From Minisyncoccota bacterium (lineage in GTDB: Bacteria > Patescibacteriota > Minisyncoccia > Phycocordibacterales > UBA5272): 33,171 nt of DNA. Of the stretch, positions 8,294 through 16,429 are shown in pieces (positions within the stretch are counted from its first letter, which is position 1; every line of letters begins with the position of its first letter). The stretch spans positions 1-33,171 of the forward strand of contig JAYUCW010000039.1 of the NCBI GenBank assembly GCA_043740125.1, read 5' to 3'. Made by a program: the position numbers and the translations under genes. The notes under the pieces were generated by a model, which saw only the letters and a list, made by a program, of their open reading frames with translations, searched no databases and was not told the origin of the DNA.

Positions 8294-8330
8294 AAACAAA
8301 ATGTTCTCAAGTGAGGACATTTTTTATTTT
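8294..8330. terminator. bidirectional terminator hairpin
   Basis: ATGTTCTC-AAGT-GAGGACAT with an A-rich 5' flank and a T5-A-T6 3' flank. Confidence 0.5.
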
Positions 8331-8443
8331 TTAGGTTCCAATTTATGTGGATTATGATTCGGGTAGGTCTTATCACTACATCTCTCAGGAATTGTCTTTG
8401 TTCCGGTCCACAGCTGCAACTTCGTAACAGCTGGACTGCGGGA
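8324..8443 (-). pseudogene. displaced, divergent duplicate of the last 25 or so codons of topA, in frame directly after the topA TAG
   Basis: Minus-strand translation is SRSPAVTKLQLWTGTKTIPERCSDKTYPNHNPHKLEPKK*. The topA tail is GTKTIPERCSDKSCPNHNPHKLQAK*. About 17 of the 22 aligned codons GTKTIPERCSDK..PNHNPHKL differ in nucleotides, but only 2 of those 22 residues differ. Confidence 0.6.
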
Positions 8444-10651
8444 CTATTTTGCCTGTAATTTGTGAGGGTTGTGGTTCGGGCAACTTTTGTCTGAGCAACG
8501 TTCAGGTATAGTTTTAGTCCCTTGCATCATAAGCTCATCACATTTTGTTCCATCTGCTTTTACATATGAGCAGCGATTACCTGTTGGGCGAGTCTTAATG
8601 ATGTGTTTACAATCTGGGTAGTTAGAGCATGAGTAGAAGACTCCGAAGCGTCCTTTTCTTTCTTCCATGTAGCCATCTTTACACTTGTTGCAGTGGACAC
8701 CTGTTGAATTGGCTTTTCGCATCTCCTCATCTTGCTCTATATATTTACACTTTGGATAATTATCACAGGCAATGAACTTACCGTAACGCCCTTCACGTTC
8801 CATGAGTTCACCTTTTTCACATTTTGGACATTTCTTGCCAAGCTTCTTCGGTCCTTCCATGACACTACCATCCATTTTCCTCGCACCCATACATTCTGGA
8901 TAGCGAATACAAGAGTAGAACTTGCCATTCTTTGCAAGTTTGATCACCATGTTCGCATCACACAGTGGGCACTGCATGCCGTCCGGTGCATCACCCATAC
9001 TTGTAGCCTTTTCGAGCTTGTCTTTTTCTTTTACATCTTTAATGAATGGTCCATAAAAGTCCTTCAGTGTTTTTAGGTATGTCGCTTTACCTTCTGAGAT
9101 GAGGTCAAGCTTGTCTTCCATGTCTGCAGTAAAGGTATCACTGATGTACTGTGCAAAATGTTCTTCAAGAAATGAGATAACCACTTCACCAGTATCAGTT
9201 GGATGAAGTGCTTTGTTGACTTTATCAACATATCCACGAGCTTCAATAGTGGAAAGAATGGAAGCATATGTCGAAGGTCTTCCGATACCACGCTTCTCAA
9301 GCTCCTTAATTAGCCCTGCTTCTGTATACCTGTTTGGCGGTTCTGTTTCTTTTTGGATAGACTGAAGTGTTGTGAGATTAAGTTGATCACCTTTTGAAAG
9401 ATCGGGTAAAATAACATCATCACCTCGTGAGTCAGGGTCAACTGCAAGCCATCCAGGAGAAAGCAAGATGGAGCCATTCACGGTGAAGTTAGGAATGCTC
9501 TTGGTAGTAATATTTGCAGTTACTTTGCTTCGCTTAATCTTGGCATCAACCATCTGACTTGCAACGGTGCGTTCCCAAATAAGGGAATAGAGACGTTTCT
9601 CATCATCTGTTGTGCCACCACTTCGAGTTGCAGCGTGTGTTGGGCGGACTGCTTCGTGGGCTTCTTGAGCATTTTTACTTTTGGTTTTGTATTGACGAAC
9701 TTGCACTTTATCTTTACCGTAATTTTTTTCTATCACTTGAGTTATCTCAGTGACTGCTTGTGTAGAGAGGGTAGTACTATCTGTACGCATGTAGGTGATG
9801 AGACCTTTTTCGTACAACTTCTGTGCGATGCCCATGGTACGTGATGGTGCATAGCCTAAGCGTGATGATGCAGCCTGTTGAAGTGTTGAAGTTGTAAATG
9901 GAGCTTTTGGTGAACGTGATGCTTCAGTGCTCTCTACATCAAGAATTTCCCATGATCCATTCTTTCCCTCACGAACAATTCTCTCTGCTTCATCTTTGTT
10001 ATTTGGCTGTACTTCACACTCCATTAATAATGGATAGGTTTTACTCTCAGCCATTCTGCCAACAGTTTTCCATTCTCCTGCGATAACGAAATAGGTCACA
10101 GGAATAAATGCGCGGATCTCTCGTTCTCGTTCCATGATGATACGAAGTGCGGGGGATTGTACGCGTCCTGCTGAGAGTCCATAACGAACCTTTTTCCAAA
10201 TAATACCAGAGAGGTCATATCCAACAAGACGGTCGAGTACTCGCCGTGCTTCTTGAGCTTCTTTCATCTTCATGTCAATCTCACGGGGGTGCTTGAGTGC
10301 TTCCTTGATGGCACTTTCGGTGATTTCGTGGAAGGTGACACGTTTAGCGCCGTCAAGCTCACATGCATCTTTAACATGCCACGCAATAGCTTCTCCTTCA
10401 CGATCGGGGTCGGTTGCGAGGATTACCTCATTAGCTTTTTTGGCGAGTGCTTTTATTTCAGCTATTACCTTTTCTTTACCAGGACTAACTTCGTAATGTG
10501 GAATGAAGCCTCCTTCGATGTCCACTGCTTTTTTATTACTCTTCGGCAGGTCTCTCACATGACCAACAGAAGCACGTACTTCGTACGCGCCGTCTAGATA
10601 TTTTGCAATTGTTTTTGCCTTTGAAGGACTTTCGACGATTAAGAGTTTCAT
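8444..10651 (-). CDS. topA: DNA topoisomerase I with multiple C-terminal zinc ribbons
   Basis: TOPRIM start MKLLIVESPSKAKTI. DPDREGEAIAWH. Active-site region YMRTDST. Repeated C-x-x-C ... C-x-x-C ribbons at the C-terminus. Confidence 0.95.
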   Translation of the reverse strand: MKLLIVESPSKAKTIAKYLDGAYEVRASVGHVRDLPKSNKKAVDIEGGFIPHYEVSPGKEKVIAEIKALAKKANEVILATDPDREGEAIAWHVKDACELDGAKRVTFHEITESAIKEALKHPREIDMKMKEAQEARRVLDRLVGYDLSGIIWKKVRYGLSAGRVQSPALRIIMEREREIRAFIPVTYFVIAGEWKTVGRMAESKTYPLLMECEVQPNNKDEAERIVREGKNGSWEILDVESTEASRSPKAPFTTSTLQQAASSRLGYAPSRTMGIAQKLYEKGLITYMRTDSTTLSTQAVTEITQVIEKNYGKDKVQVRQYKTKSKNAQEAHEAVRPTHAATRSGGTTDDEKRLYSLIWERTVASQMVDAKIKRSKVTANITTKSIPNFTVNGSILLSPGWLAVDPDSRGDDVILPDLSKGDQLNLTTLQSIQKETEPPNRYTEAGLIKELEKRGIGRPSTYASILSTIEARGYVDKVNKALHPTDTGEVVISFLEEHFAQYISDTFTADMEDKLDLISEGKATYLKTLKDFYGPFIKDVKEKDKLEKATSMGDAPDGMQCPLCDANMVIKLAKNGKFYSCIRYPECMGARKMDGSVMEGPKKLGKKCPKCEKGELMEREGRYGKFIACDNYPKCKYIEQDEEMRKANSTGVHCNKCKDGYMEERKGRFGVFYSCSNYPDCKHIIKTRPTGNRCSYVKADGTKCDELMMQGTKTIPERCSDKSCPNHNPHKLQAK

Positions 10652-10761
10652 AAGAACAGCTTGTAGCCGTTAGCTAGTAGCCTTTAGCTTAACACATGAA
10701 CACAATTTATCTTCTATGATGTGAGAATGACTAGAAACAGAATGTCTGTGTTTGATCTACT

Positions 10762-11670
10762 CTACACTAAACGGCGGACTTCACCAAATGTTTCTTCGAG
10801 GGCACCGGATAATTCAAGAGAGGAGAACGCAGCAATGAAATCTTCGAATGGTAAGTGCGTTAAAGCAAAAAGTGAATCTTTATTTGTTGGTTCACGAAGA
10901 TTTTTGATAATACTTTTTTCGTTGTCAGTATATTTTTCAAGTGAGGATATATTGGCTTCTTCTTCCTTGGTTTTTGGTTCTGAGATATGTAAAAGTGCAA
11001 AAAGATCAGTGGGGGAGGTTATAGAGTAGGCACCTTCACGGATGAGCATATTGGTACCAAATGCAGTCGGAGAAAAAATATCTCCTGGAACTGCCCCAAC
11101 ATCACGCCCAAGTTCAATCGCATGCCTAGCAGTGATGAGTGTGCCTGATTTTTCTTCTGCTTCAATAAATAATACTGCGTCAGATAGTGCCGCCATAACA
11201 CGGTTTCTTTGGGGGAATGTCCACAATGCTGCGACGGTGTCACTTGGAAGTTCAGAGATGAGCGCCCCATTGTTTTCTACAATGTCTTGTGCGAGGTTTC
11301 TGTGTGCGCTTGGATAGAGAACTTTCTCATTTAGGCCACTTCCAGGAATGGCAATAGTAATGAGATTATTTTTGAGTGCACTTTTATGTGCGAGACTATC
11401 TATCCCAAAAGCAAGACCAGATATAATGACGACCTCTTGACCTTCTAAGGATGCAAGTAACATTTCAAGAGCTTGTTTTCCGTAGGCAGTATTTTTACGT
11501 GATCCAACGATGGTGAGAATACGAGGAGTTGCTCTCCCGTAGAGGTCTATTTTTACTTCAGGAAGTTTACCTTTAATATGTATCTCTTTTGGAATCTGAT
11601 GAAGTTCAAGAAGACGACCAAGAAGAGGGTGGTCGGCAAAATCTTTTTTAAGGATGGTGGTTGTTTCCAT
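10762..11670 (-). CDS. dprA: DNA processing protein DprA/Smf
   Basis: GSRKNTAYGKQA, SGLAFGIDSLAHKSAL and FPQRNRVMAALSDAVLFIEAEEKSGTLITARHAIELGRDVGAVPG. Start trimmed to the ATG at 11670 because a strong terminator (11692-11727) lies inside the longer 11748 ORF. Confidence 0.85.
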   Translation of the reverse strand: METTTILKKDFADHPLLGRLLELHQIPKEIHIKGKLPEVKIDLYGRATPRILTIVGSRKNTAYGKQALEMLLASLEGQEVVIISGLAFGIDSLAHKSALKNNLITIAIPGSGLNEKVLYPSAHRNLAQDIVENNGALISELPSDTVAALWTFPQRNRVMAALSDAVLFIEAEEKSGTLITARHAIELGRDVGAVPGDIFSPTAFGTNMLIREGAYSITSPTDLFALLHISEPKTKEEEANISSLEKYTDNEKSIIKNLREPTNKDSLFALTHLPFEDFIAAFSSLELSGALEETFGEVRRLV

Positions 11671-11691
11671 AACTATAAAAAGTATATCAAA

Positions 11692-11727
11692 TAAAAAAGT
11701 GCGTACGTTAGTATTACGTACGCACTT
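11692..11727 (-). terminator. rho-independent terminator after the 259-aa membrane protein gene
   Basis: 11-bp stem AAGTGCGTACG/CGTACGCACTT. The minus strand continues with TTTTTTATTT. Confidence 0.6.
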
Positions 11728-11738
11728 AAGAATCTTCT

Positions 11739-12518
11739 TTAGAAACATAGAACTGCATGTTCATAAAACTTTGCTCTTACTTCAAATGGTTTGTATCCAC
11801 CTGCAAATGAAAAGAGATCATCCCAGTCTCTTTCAAACTCGCCCCAAGTAGCTTCCTTTCTATACGAGACTATAATGTCTGTCTTCTCGTTAGAATTCTT
11901 AAAAAGATACCTTGGATGAATGGCAATTTCTTTTACATATCTCCAAAATGGGAGACTTGGAAGCTTTTGCTCAATGGTGTATTCAACAGCATCGATAAAT
12001 CCTTCTGCTTCCACAGGAAGATCTTTTGACGAAAATAGAGAGATTTCATTTCGAGGTAGAAGTGGGCATGTACCTTGAAGCACTTTTTTGGCAACATCTT
12101 TTGTATAACCAGCATACGTTAAGTATTTTTTTGATGAGCCACTATCAAGTTCTAGTAATCTGTTATTTCCTTCTGTTACAAAGTGTGATGGGTCAGGAAA
12201 AAGAATTCTTGTACCCGTTGTGTTTCTATTAAGTGTATGAGACTTTGAAAGTGTAAGGTCACGAAAAAACTGAAATTGCCACAGTCCAAAGATAGTGCTA
12301 CACAAAAATACAAAGATGACGCTTACTTTGATCATAGCAACCTCTTTAGTTGTATCTCTAAAGTCAAACAACCAAGAAAAAAGTGGTTTAAGTATCCATC
12401 CGAGTAAAGCAAGTAGTGCTCCAAGCAGCATCAGAAACGCCGCCGCAAAAACCCCATGGTGTTCTTGTGGAGGCGCGCTCGGAGTACTTTTTTCTTCTTC
12501 ATTAAAGAACCAGCCCAT
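11739..12518 (-). CDS. hypothetical membrane-anchored protein (two N-terminal TM helices plus about 170-aa outer domain)
   Basis: Long ORF with TM segments FAAAFLMLLGALLALLGWIL and VSVIFVFLCSTIFGLW. No family recognised. Confidence 0.5.
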   Translation of the reverse strand: MGWFFNEEEKSTPSAPPQEHHGVFAAAFLMLLGALLALLGWILKPLFSWLFDFRDTTKEVAMIKVSVIFVFLCSTIFGLWQFQFFRDLTLSKSHTLNRNTTGTRILFPDPSHFVTEGNNRLLELDSGSSKKYLTYAGYTKDVAKKVLQGTCPLLPRNEISLFSSKDLPVEAEGFIDAVEYTIEQKLPSLPFWRYVKEIAIHPRYLFKNSNEKTDIIVSYRKEATWGEFERDWDDLFSFAGGYKPFEVRAKFYEHAVLCF

Positions 12519-12675
12519 AATGTTCTCCTTAAAGTACTGTTTAGATGGATACTATCAGGTTTTTGTTGATAGTACAATGATATGAAATAACTTAAAGTTA
12601 AGAAAAATGTTACGTTGCTATTATTTTCATTTTGTGTAGAATGAAATTAATTGTCCTTATATTTTATTTAAGAAA

Positions 12676-13617
12676 GTGGGGTGTGTTATGGTCTTACGTG
12701 ATAGGCAGTTAGGTGGAATACCACTTACCTGGGGAATAGCAGTTGTGGCAACACTGCTTACGGCTTGTACTATACCAATCATTGCAGAATTAGTTTGGTT
12801 CAAGTTGGTTCCTTTCATACCTGAGATGATACGACCTTGGCTAGTCTATATGGGAATGATTCTCTATATTGGTCAATGTGCAGGAAATGTGAAGGCAGGG
12901 ACCGAGCAGGCGCAGCAGTGTTTTGGTATGTATACAGGCATATCATTTTCTGCAGGTTTTTATCTGCTCCCAAGGCTTCCTTTTCCTATAGTTTCTCTTT
13001 TACTTCGTGTGGTCTTTGGTCCAAATGTGTACAAATACCTCGGATGGATTCTAGAAGGTGAAGTAAGGGTAGAAAGTATCACTACATCATTTACCGCAGA
13101 AGGTATGACGAGTGATGATATTATTGTAAGTCTTAAAGGTACACTTGTGTTTGAAATTGAAAATGCTGCGATATATCTTTCGCAGACAAGGGATGGGGCT
13201 GATAGGTTAGCAATTTTGGAAGCACTTCCAAGTGAGTCCTCAGCACGTATCAAGGAAAAAGTAATTGCTGGTCACACTGCAAAAGAGCTTCATCAGGGCG
13301 CGTATAGCGGTGGAAAAGATCTAACAAAGTGGATCACAGAGGCTTGTAGTTTTGTGGAAGACTTTGGGTTGTCGCTATCACGTGCGCCGATAGTGAGAGC
13401 AGAAATCAAAAGTGAACGTATCAGAAAAGCGTTTGATGTGGATAATGCAAAGGTACTCTTGAGGCGAAATACAAACGAAGTCGCAGAAGCGTTTAGTCAA
13501 TTCAGAAAGGGATTGCCTCCTGAAACGAGCGATGAAGTTGCCTTTTTGCTTTTCAACGCTGCGAGACTGGATGAAAATCTTCCAACAGTAACAATGGCAA
13601 ATCTTAAAGTGAAGTAG
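12676..13617 (+). CDS. membrane protein with possible SPFH/band-7-like domain
   Basis: 313 aa starting at GTG 12676 (alternative ATG 12688). N-terminal TM helices. SDDIIVSLKGTLVFEIENAAIYL loosely resembles the SPFH beta-strand pattern. The function call is weak. Confidence 0.45.
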   Translation: MGCVMVLRDRQLGGIPLTWGIAVVATLLTACTIPIIAELVWFKLVPFIPEMIRPWLVYMGMILYIGQCAGNVKAGTEQAQQCFGMYTGISFSAGFYLLPRLPFPIVSLLLRVVFGPNVYKYLGWILEGEVRVESITTSFTAEGMTSDDIIVSLKGTLVFEIENAAIYLSQTRDGADRLAILEALPSESSARIKEKVIAGHTAKELHQGAYSGGKDLTKWITEACSFVEDFGLSLSRAPIVRAEIKSERIRKAFDVDNAKVLLRRNTNEVAEAFSQFRKGLPPETSDEVAFLLFNAARLDENLPTVTMANLKVK

Positions 13618-13635
13618 TGAATATTCATAAAGCAT

Positions 13636-13666
13636 AAAACGTGGTCCTTACGGACCACGTTTTTTC
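13636..13666 (+). terminator. rho-independent terminator
   Basis: AAAACGTGGTCC-TTAC-GGACCACGTTTT followed by a T-run. Confidence 0.65.
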
Positions 13667-13680
13667 TATTGTCTAAATCT

Positions 13681-13773
13681 CAGTAGGGATCGCCCCTCCT
13701 TCCAGTCGGAACGCACTATTTTTATAGTCGCTTTGCTCATTAAAAATAGGCGCCTACGGTTCGATCCCTACTG
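13681..13773. repeat. 93-nt element with perfect 12-bp terminal inverted repeats that copy the 3' end of the adjacent tRNA-Lys
   Basis: CAGTAGGGATCG (13681-13692) and CGATCCCTACTG (13762-13773). 13758-13773 (GGTTCGATCCCTACTG) equals 16 nt of the tRNA-Lys T-loop/acceptor in the opposite orientation. 13681-13692 is a direct repeat of 13832-13843 inside the tRNA gene. Confidence 0.6.
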
Positions 13774-13778
13774 ATACT

Positions 13779-13824
13779 ATGAATAGAAAACACAGACCTT
13801 TAAAAGTCTGTGTTTTCTATTCAT
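13779..13824. repeat. perfect 19-bp-stem palindrome abutting the tRNA-Lys 3' end
   Basis: ATGAATAGAAAACACAGAC - CTTTAAAA - GTCTGTGTTTTCTATTCAT. Confidence 0.7.
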
Positions 13825-13825
13825 G

Positions 13826-13898
13826 TGTCCCCAGTAGGGATCGAACCTACGACCTGCGGATTAAGAGTCCGATGCTCTACCAGCTGAGCTATAGGGAC
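13826..13898 (-). tRNA. tRNA-Lys (anticodon CTT)
   Basis: Reverse complement is GTCCCTATAGCTCAGCTGGTAGAGCATCGGACTCTTAATCCGCAGGTCGTAGGTTCGATCCCTACTGGGGACA. Anticodon loop CTCTTAA, T-arm GTAGG-TTCGATC-CCTAC. Confidence 0.9.
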
Positions 13899-14008
13899 AT
13901 TGACACACGCCTCATACTATACCACAATGTGAAAAATAATTCTAGAGTCTTCTTTAATTTTGTGATAGAATGGAAAAACTTTTGATGCTAGTAATTAAGC
14001 ATTGAACT

Positions 14009-14156
14009 AAATGATGCAGTGGTCGAGAAGCTTGGCTTCGAAGATGTCTAAGGTCATCAGACCGAAGACCAAAAAGAGGCCGGTAGGCTAATTAGTAAGC
14101 ACCACTCTGAATTCTGGTAAATTAAATAAGTTATTATAGACGAAATGATGCAGTGG
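14009..14156 (+). repeat. 14-bp perfect direct repeat of the tRNA-Cys 5' end bracketing a 120-nt insert
   Basis: AAATGATGCAGTGG occurs at 14009-14022 and again at 14143-14156. The second copy is the true 5' end of tRNA-Cys plus 4 upstream nt. Confidence 0.7.
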
Positions 14157-14223
14157 CGAAGAGGCCTAACGCTGCGGTTTGCAAAACCGCCATTCGCGGG
14201 TTCGACTCCCGCCTGCATCTCCA
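14147..14223 (+). tRNA. tRNA-Cys (anticodon GCA), CCA encoded
   Basis: Acceptor GATGCAG/CTGCATC, discriminator T. Anticodon stem GCGGT/ACCGC with loop TTGCAAA. T-arm GCGGG-TTCGACT-CCCGC, then CCA. Confidence 0.85.
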
Positions 14224-14395
14224 AAAATAAGCGAAGCATTTTTTGAGATGCAGGAAGACATGGCCCGCGCCATGTCTGTCGGGAGTCGAAGCGCGCAGCG
14301 ATATTTTGCTAGTAAGCAAAATCGCGAGCGGCGGTCGGCGAGAAACTTTTGCGACGGCAAAATTTTACTTGCCGAAGACATTCCCGCCTGCATCT
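14207..14395 (+). repeat. 14-bp perfect direct repeat of the tRNA-Cys 3' end bracketing a 161-nt G+C-rich hairpin-dense insert
   Basis: TCCCGCCTGCATCT occurs at 14207-14220 (in the tRNA) and at 14382-14395. The insert contains GACATGGC-CCGC-GCCATGTC and other stems, plus GAGATGCAGG complementary to the tRNA 3' end. Confidence 0.7.
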
Positions 14396-14446
14396 ATATA
14401 AAAATCCCACTTAATGTTAGAATAATCCTCACATAGAAATATGCAT

Positions 14447-14528
14447 GCCCGGGTGATGAAATGGTAGACATAAGACACTTAAAATGTCTGGCGCTATGCG
14501 CGTGCGGGTTCGAGTCCCGCCCTGGGCA
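14447..14528 (+). tRNA. tRNA-Leu (anticodon TAA)
   Basis: Acceptor GCCCGGG/CCTGGGC. Anticodon stem AGACA/TGTCT with loop CTTAAAA. Long variable arm. T-arm GCGGG-TTCGAGT-CCCGC. Confidence 0.9.
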
Positions 14529-14606
14529 CAAATAGGTTTTAAGCTAAATAGTCCATACTAAGCATGGGTTTTTTAGTTCTAACTTTTAATTATTTTAAAT
14601 TAAGTT

Positions 14607-14634
14607 TTGAATTAAATTATTTCTTTGTTAGACT
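14607..14634 (+). promoter_or_regulatory. candidate promoter of AT-rich block 1 (TTGAAT - 16 nt - TGtTAGACT extended -10)
   Basis: TTGAAT at 14607-14612 and TAGACT at 14629-14634 preceded by TGT. The ATG at 14641 is only 6 nt downstream. Same architecture as 22235-22262. Confidence 0.4.
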
Positions 14635-14640
14635 TTAAAT

Positions 14641-15876
14641 ATGAATACTTTTATTAATACTTTAGGAAGTCCTTTAGATATAGAAGTTGTTGAACGTAAA
14701 GGAATAGGTCACCCTGATTCCTTAGCAGATATAATTGCTGAGGATTTTTCAAACAAATATTCACTTTACTGTCTAGAACAATTTGGTGTTGTTCTGAACT
14801 ACTGGTTTGATAAGGTAACCATTTCAGGAGGGGTTTGCGATTTGGGTTTTGGTAGGTGTGATGTTTTAAAACCGATTACAATATATTTATTTGGTAGAGT
14901 TACTACAAAATTTGCTAATCATGAAATACCGTTTGAGGACATGTTTAAAGAAAGTTGTCTCAGTGTTTTTCGACAAATTTTTGGAGATACATATCCGAAA
15001 GAGTCTATTAATTTTTTCTTTGATGTGAACAGTGCGCTAGGTGCTGATCATGAAAAAACTTATTATTCTCCAAATTCTGTAGATTCACTAAAAACCTTTG
15101 AAAATTTTACTGCAAATGACACAGTTGTTTGTCATGGATACGCTCCCTATACAAAAACTGAAACTATTTGTATTGCAATTGAAAACTTTCTTAATTCAGA
15201 TTCATTTAAAAATAAATATAGAGCCACAGGCTGGGATATAAAAGTTTTAATAATTCGTGAAAGTAATTCATACAGAATAACAGTTTGTGTTCCTTTTATT
15301 GCTACTAAAACAAAATCTCATGAATTTTATCTAAATTCAAAAAATGAGATCAAAAAAGAGATAAGTGAATTTCTTCAAACTGGTGACTTTTTCTCCAGTA
15401 ATGATAGTTATGAAATCTACTTAAATACAAAGGATCGAGATAATCTCGCATATCTTGTTGCATATGGTTCGGCTGCTGATAAAGGAGATTATGGTGCTGT
15501 TGGAAGAGGAAACAGATACTCTGGTGTAATTTCAGTAAATCGTGGTACGAATGTTGAGGCTGTAAATGGAAAAAATTCTCGAAACCATAGTGGTAAGTTA
15601 TATACTGTTTTGTCTCATTCATTAGCTTCTTTTGTTTACAATAAAACAGGTGAACCATGTCAGGTTATTATTACTACGGATAACGGTAGACCACTTAGTG
15701 ATCCGACTATGGTTGTGGTTCATTTTGATAACAAAGGGTTTAACTTGAACCAAGGCGACGATTTAATAATTAAAAAACACATTAAGATGGTTTTTGATGA
15801 AATTGAAAAACTTTCTTCTCTTATAATATCTCGCAATCCAGTTACTGATTTTAAAAATATTTTTATCTATGCTTAA
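14641..15876 (+). CDS. archaeal-type S-adenosylmethionine synthetase (methionine adenosyltransferase)
   Basis: VERKGIGHPDSLAD, NDTVVCHGYAPYTKTE, DIKVL, YGSAADKGDYGAVGRGNRYSGVIS and GKNSRNHSGKLY align along the whole length with the archaeal MAT family as I recall it (Methanocaldococcus type). Confidence 0.8.
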   Translation: MNTFINTLGSPLDIEVVERKGIGHPDSLADIIAEDFSNKYSLYCLEQFGVVLNYWFDKVTISGGVCDLGFGRCDVLKPITIYLFGRVTTKFANHEIPFEDMFKESCLSVFRQIFGDTYPKESINFFFDVNSALGADHEKTYYSPNSVDSLKTFENFTANDTVVCHGYAPYTKTETICIAIENFLNSDSFKNKYRATGWDIKVLIIRESNSYRITVCVPFIATKTKSHEFYLNSKNEIKKEISEFLQTGDFFSSNDSYEIYLNTKDRDNLAYLVAYGSAADKGDYGAVGRGNRYSGVISVNRGTNVEAVNGKNSRNHSGKLYTVLSHSLASFVYNKTGEPCQVIITTDNGRPLSDPTMVVVHFDNKGFNLNQGDDLIIKKHIKMVFDEIEKLSSLIISRNPVTDFKNIFIYA

Positions 15877-16429
15877 AATAATATTAATTGGTGGAGGAGA
15901 TTTAACCGAAGAATCACTTTTAAAAATAAAAGAGGAAGCTACTTCAAGTTTTTTAAAATCAAAGAATATTAAGACAATGATTATCCCGTTTGCAAGATAC
16001 GAAGAGGATTGGGAAGCTGTATACACTAAAAATATAACCAAGTATGCCTGTGATGATTACAAGTATACTTTTATGTACCCGAGTAAAGATCATAATGCTT
16101 TTCTGGAACAGTTAAATGATTCAGAATTAGTAATTATCCCCGGAGGCAGTGAATTAAGCCTTATAAAAAATTTACCAGAGCTTTCAAGTGCTAATTTTGA
16201 TAATAAAGTAATAATTGCAACATCTGCTGGAACTAATTTTTTAGCTAGTTCATATTATTCTAACGATAGAGATGAGTTTGCTGTGGGTTCTAATATTTTA
16301 AAGATAAATACAATTTGTCATTTTAAAGATGATGTAATTGATAAGGTAAAAGTATTAACAGAATTAAATGGTCTACCAACTTTTACACTAAGAGAAGGTG
16401 ATTTTATTGTGTTATATGAAAGTAAATAA
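15869..16429 (+). CDS. peptidase S51 (PepE/cyanophycinase-fold) family hydrolase
   Basis: IIPFARYEEDWEAVYTK, LVIIPGGSELSLIKN, IIATSAGTNFLA (nucleophile Ser) and TICHF (His) parallel the E. coli PepE motifs. 8-nt overlap with the upstream gene. Confidence 0.6.
   Translation: MLKIILIGGGDLTEESLLKIKEEATSSFLKSKNIKTMIIPFARYEEDWEAVYTKNITKYACDDYKYTFMYPSKDHNAFLEQLNDSELVIIPGGSELSLIKNLPELSSANFDNKVIIATSAGTNFLASSYYSNDRDEFAVGSNILKINTICHFKDDVIDKVKVLTELNGLPTFTLREGDFIVLYESK

Noticed and set aside
8444-8446. Stop-codon reassignment (TAG read as sense) suggested by the in-frame topA extension
   Set aside because: TAG terminates other well-supported genes here at sensible positions, for example the P-loop kinase at 19981-19983 and Dcd copy 1 at 26405-26407. 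A displaced 3' fragment explains the extension better.
8732-10597. Antisense and off-frame ORFs inside topA. Similar shadow ORFs occur inside rel, parB, dprA, infB, the 331-aa gene and the island genes.
   Set aside because: They are fully nested in or opposite to long ORFs with strong family matches, which is typical shadow-ORF behaviour.
11671-11748. Longer dprA start at 11748
   Set aside because: The extension contains an 11-bp-stem terminator belonging to the upstream gene and overlaps that gene's end. DprA homology begins after the ATG at 11670.
14057-14436. Several 60-85-aa ORFs on both strands around tRNA-Cys
   Set aside because: They overlap the tRNA gene and the G+C-rich hairpin inserts, so they are by-products of stop-poor G+C-rich sequence.
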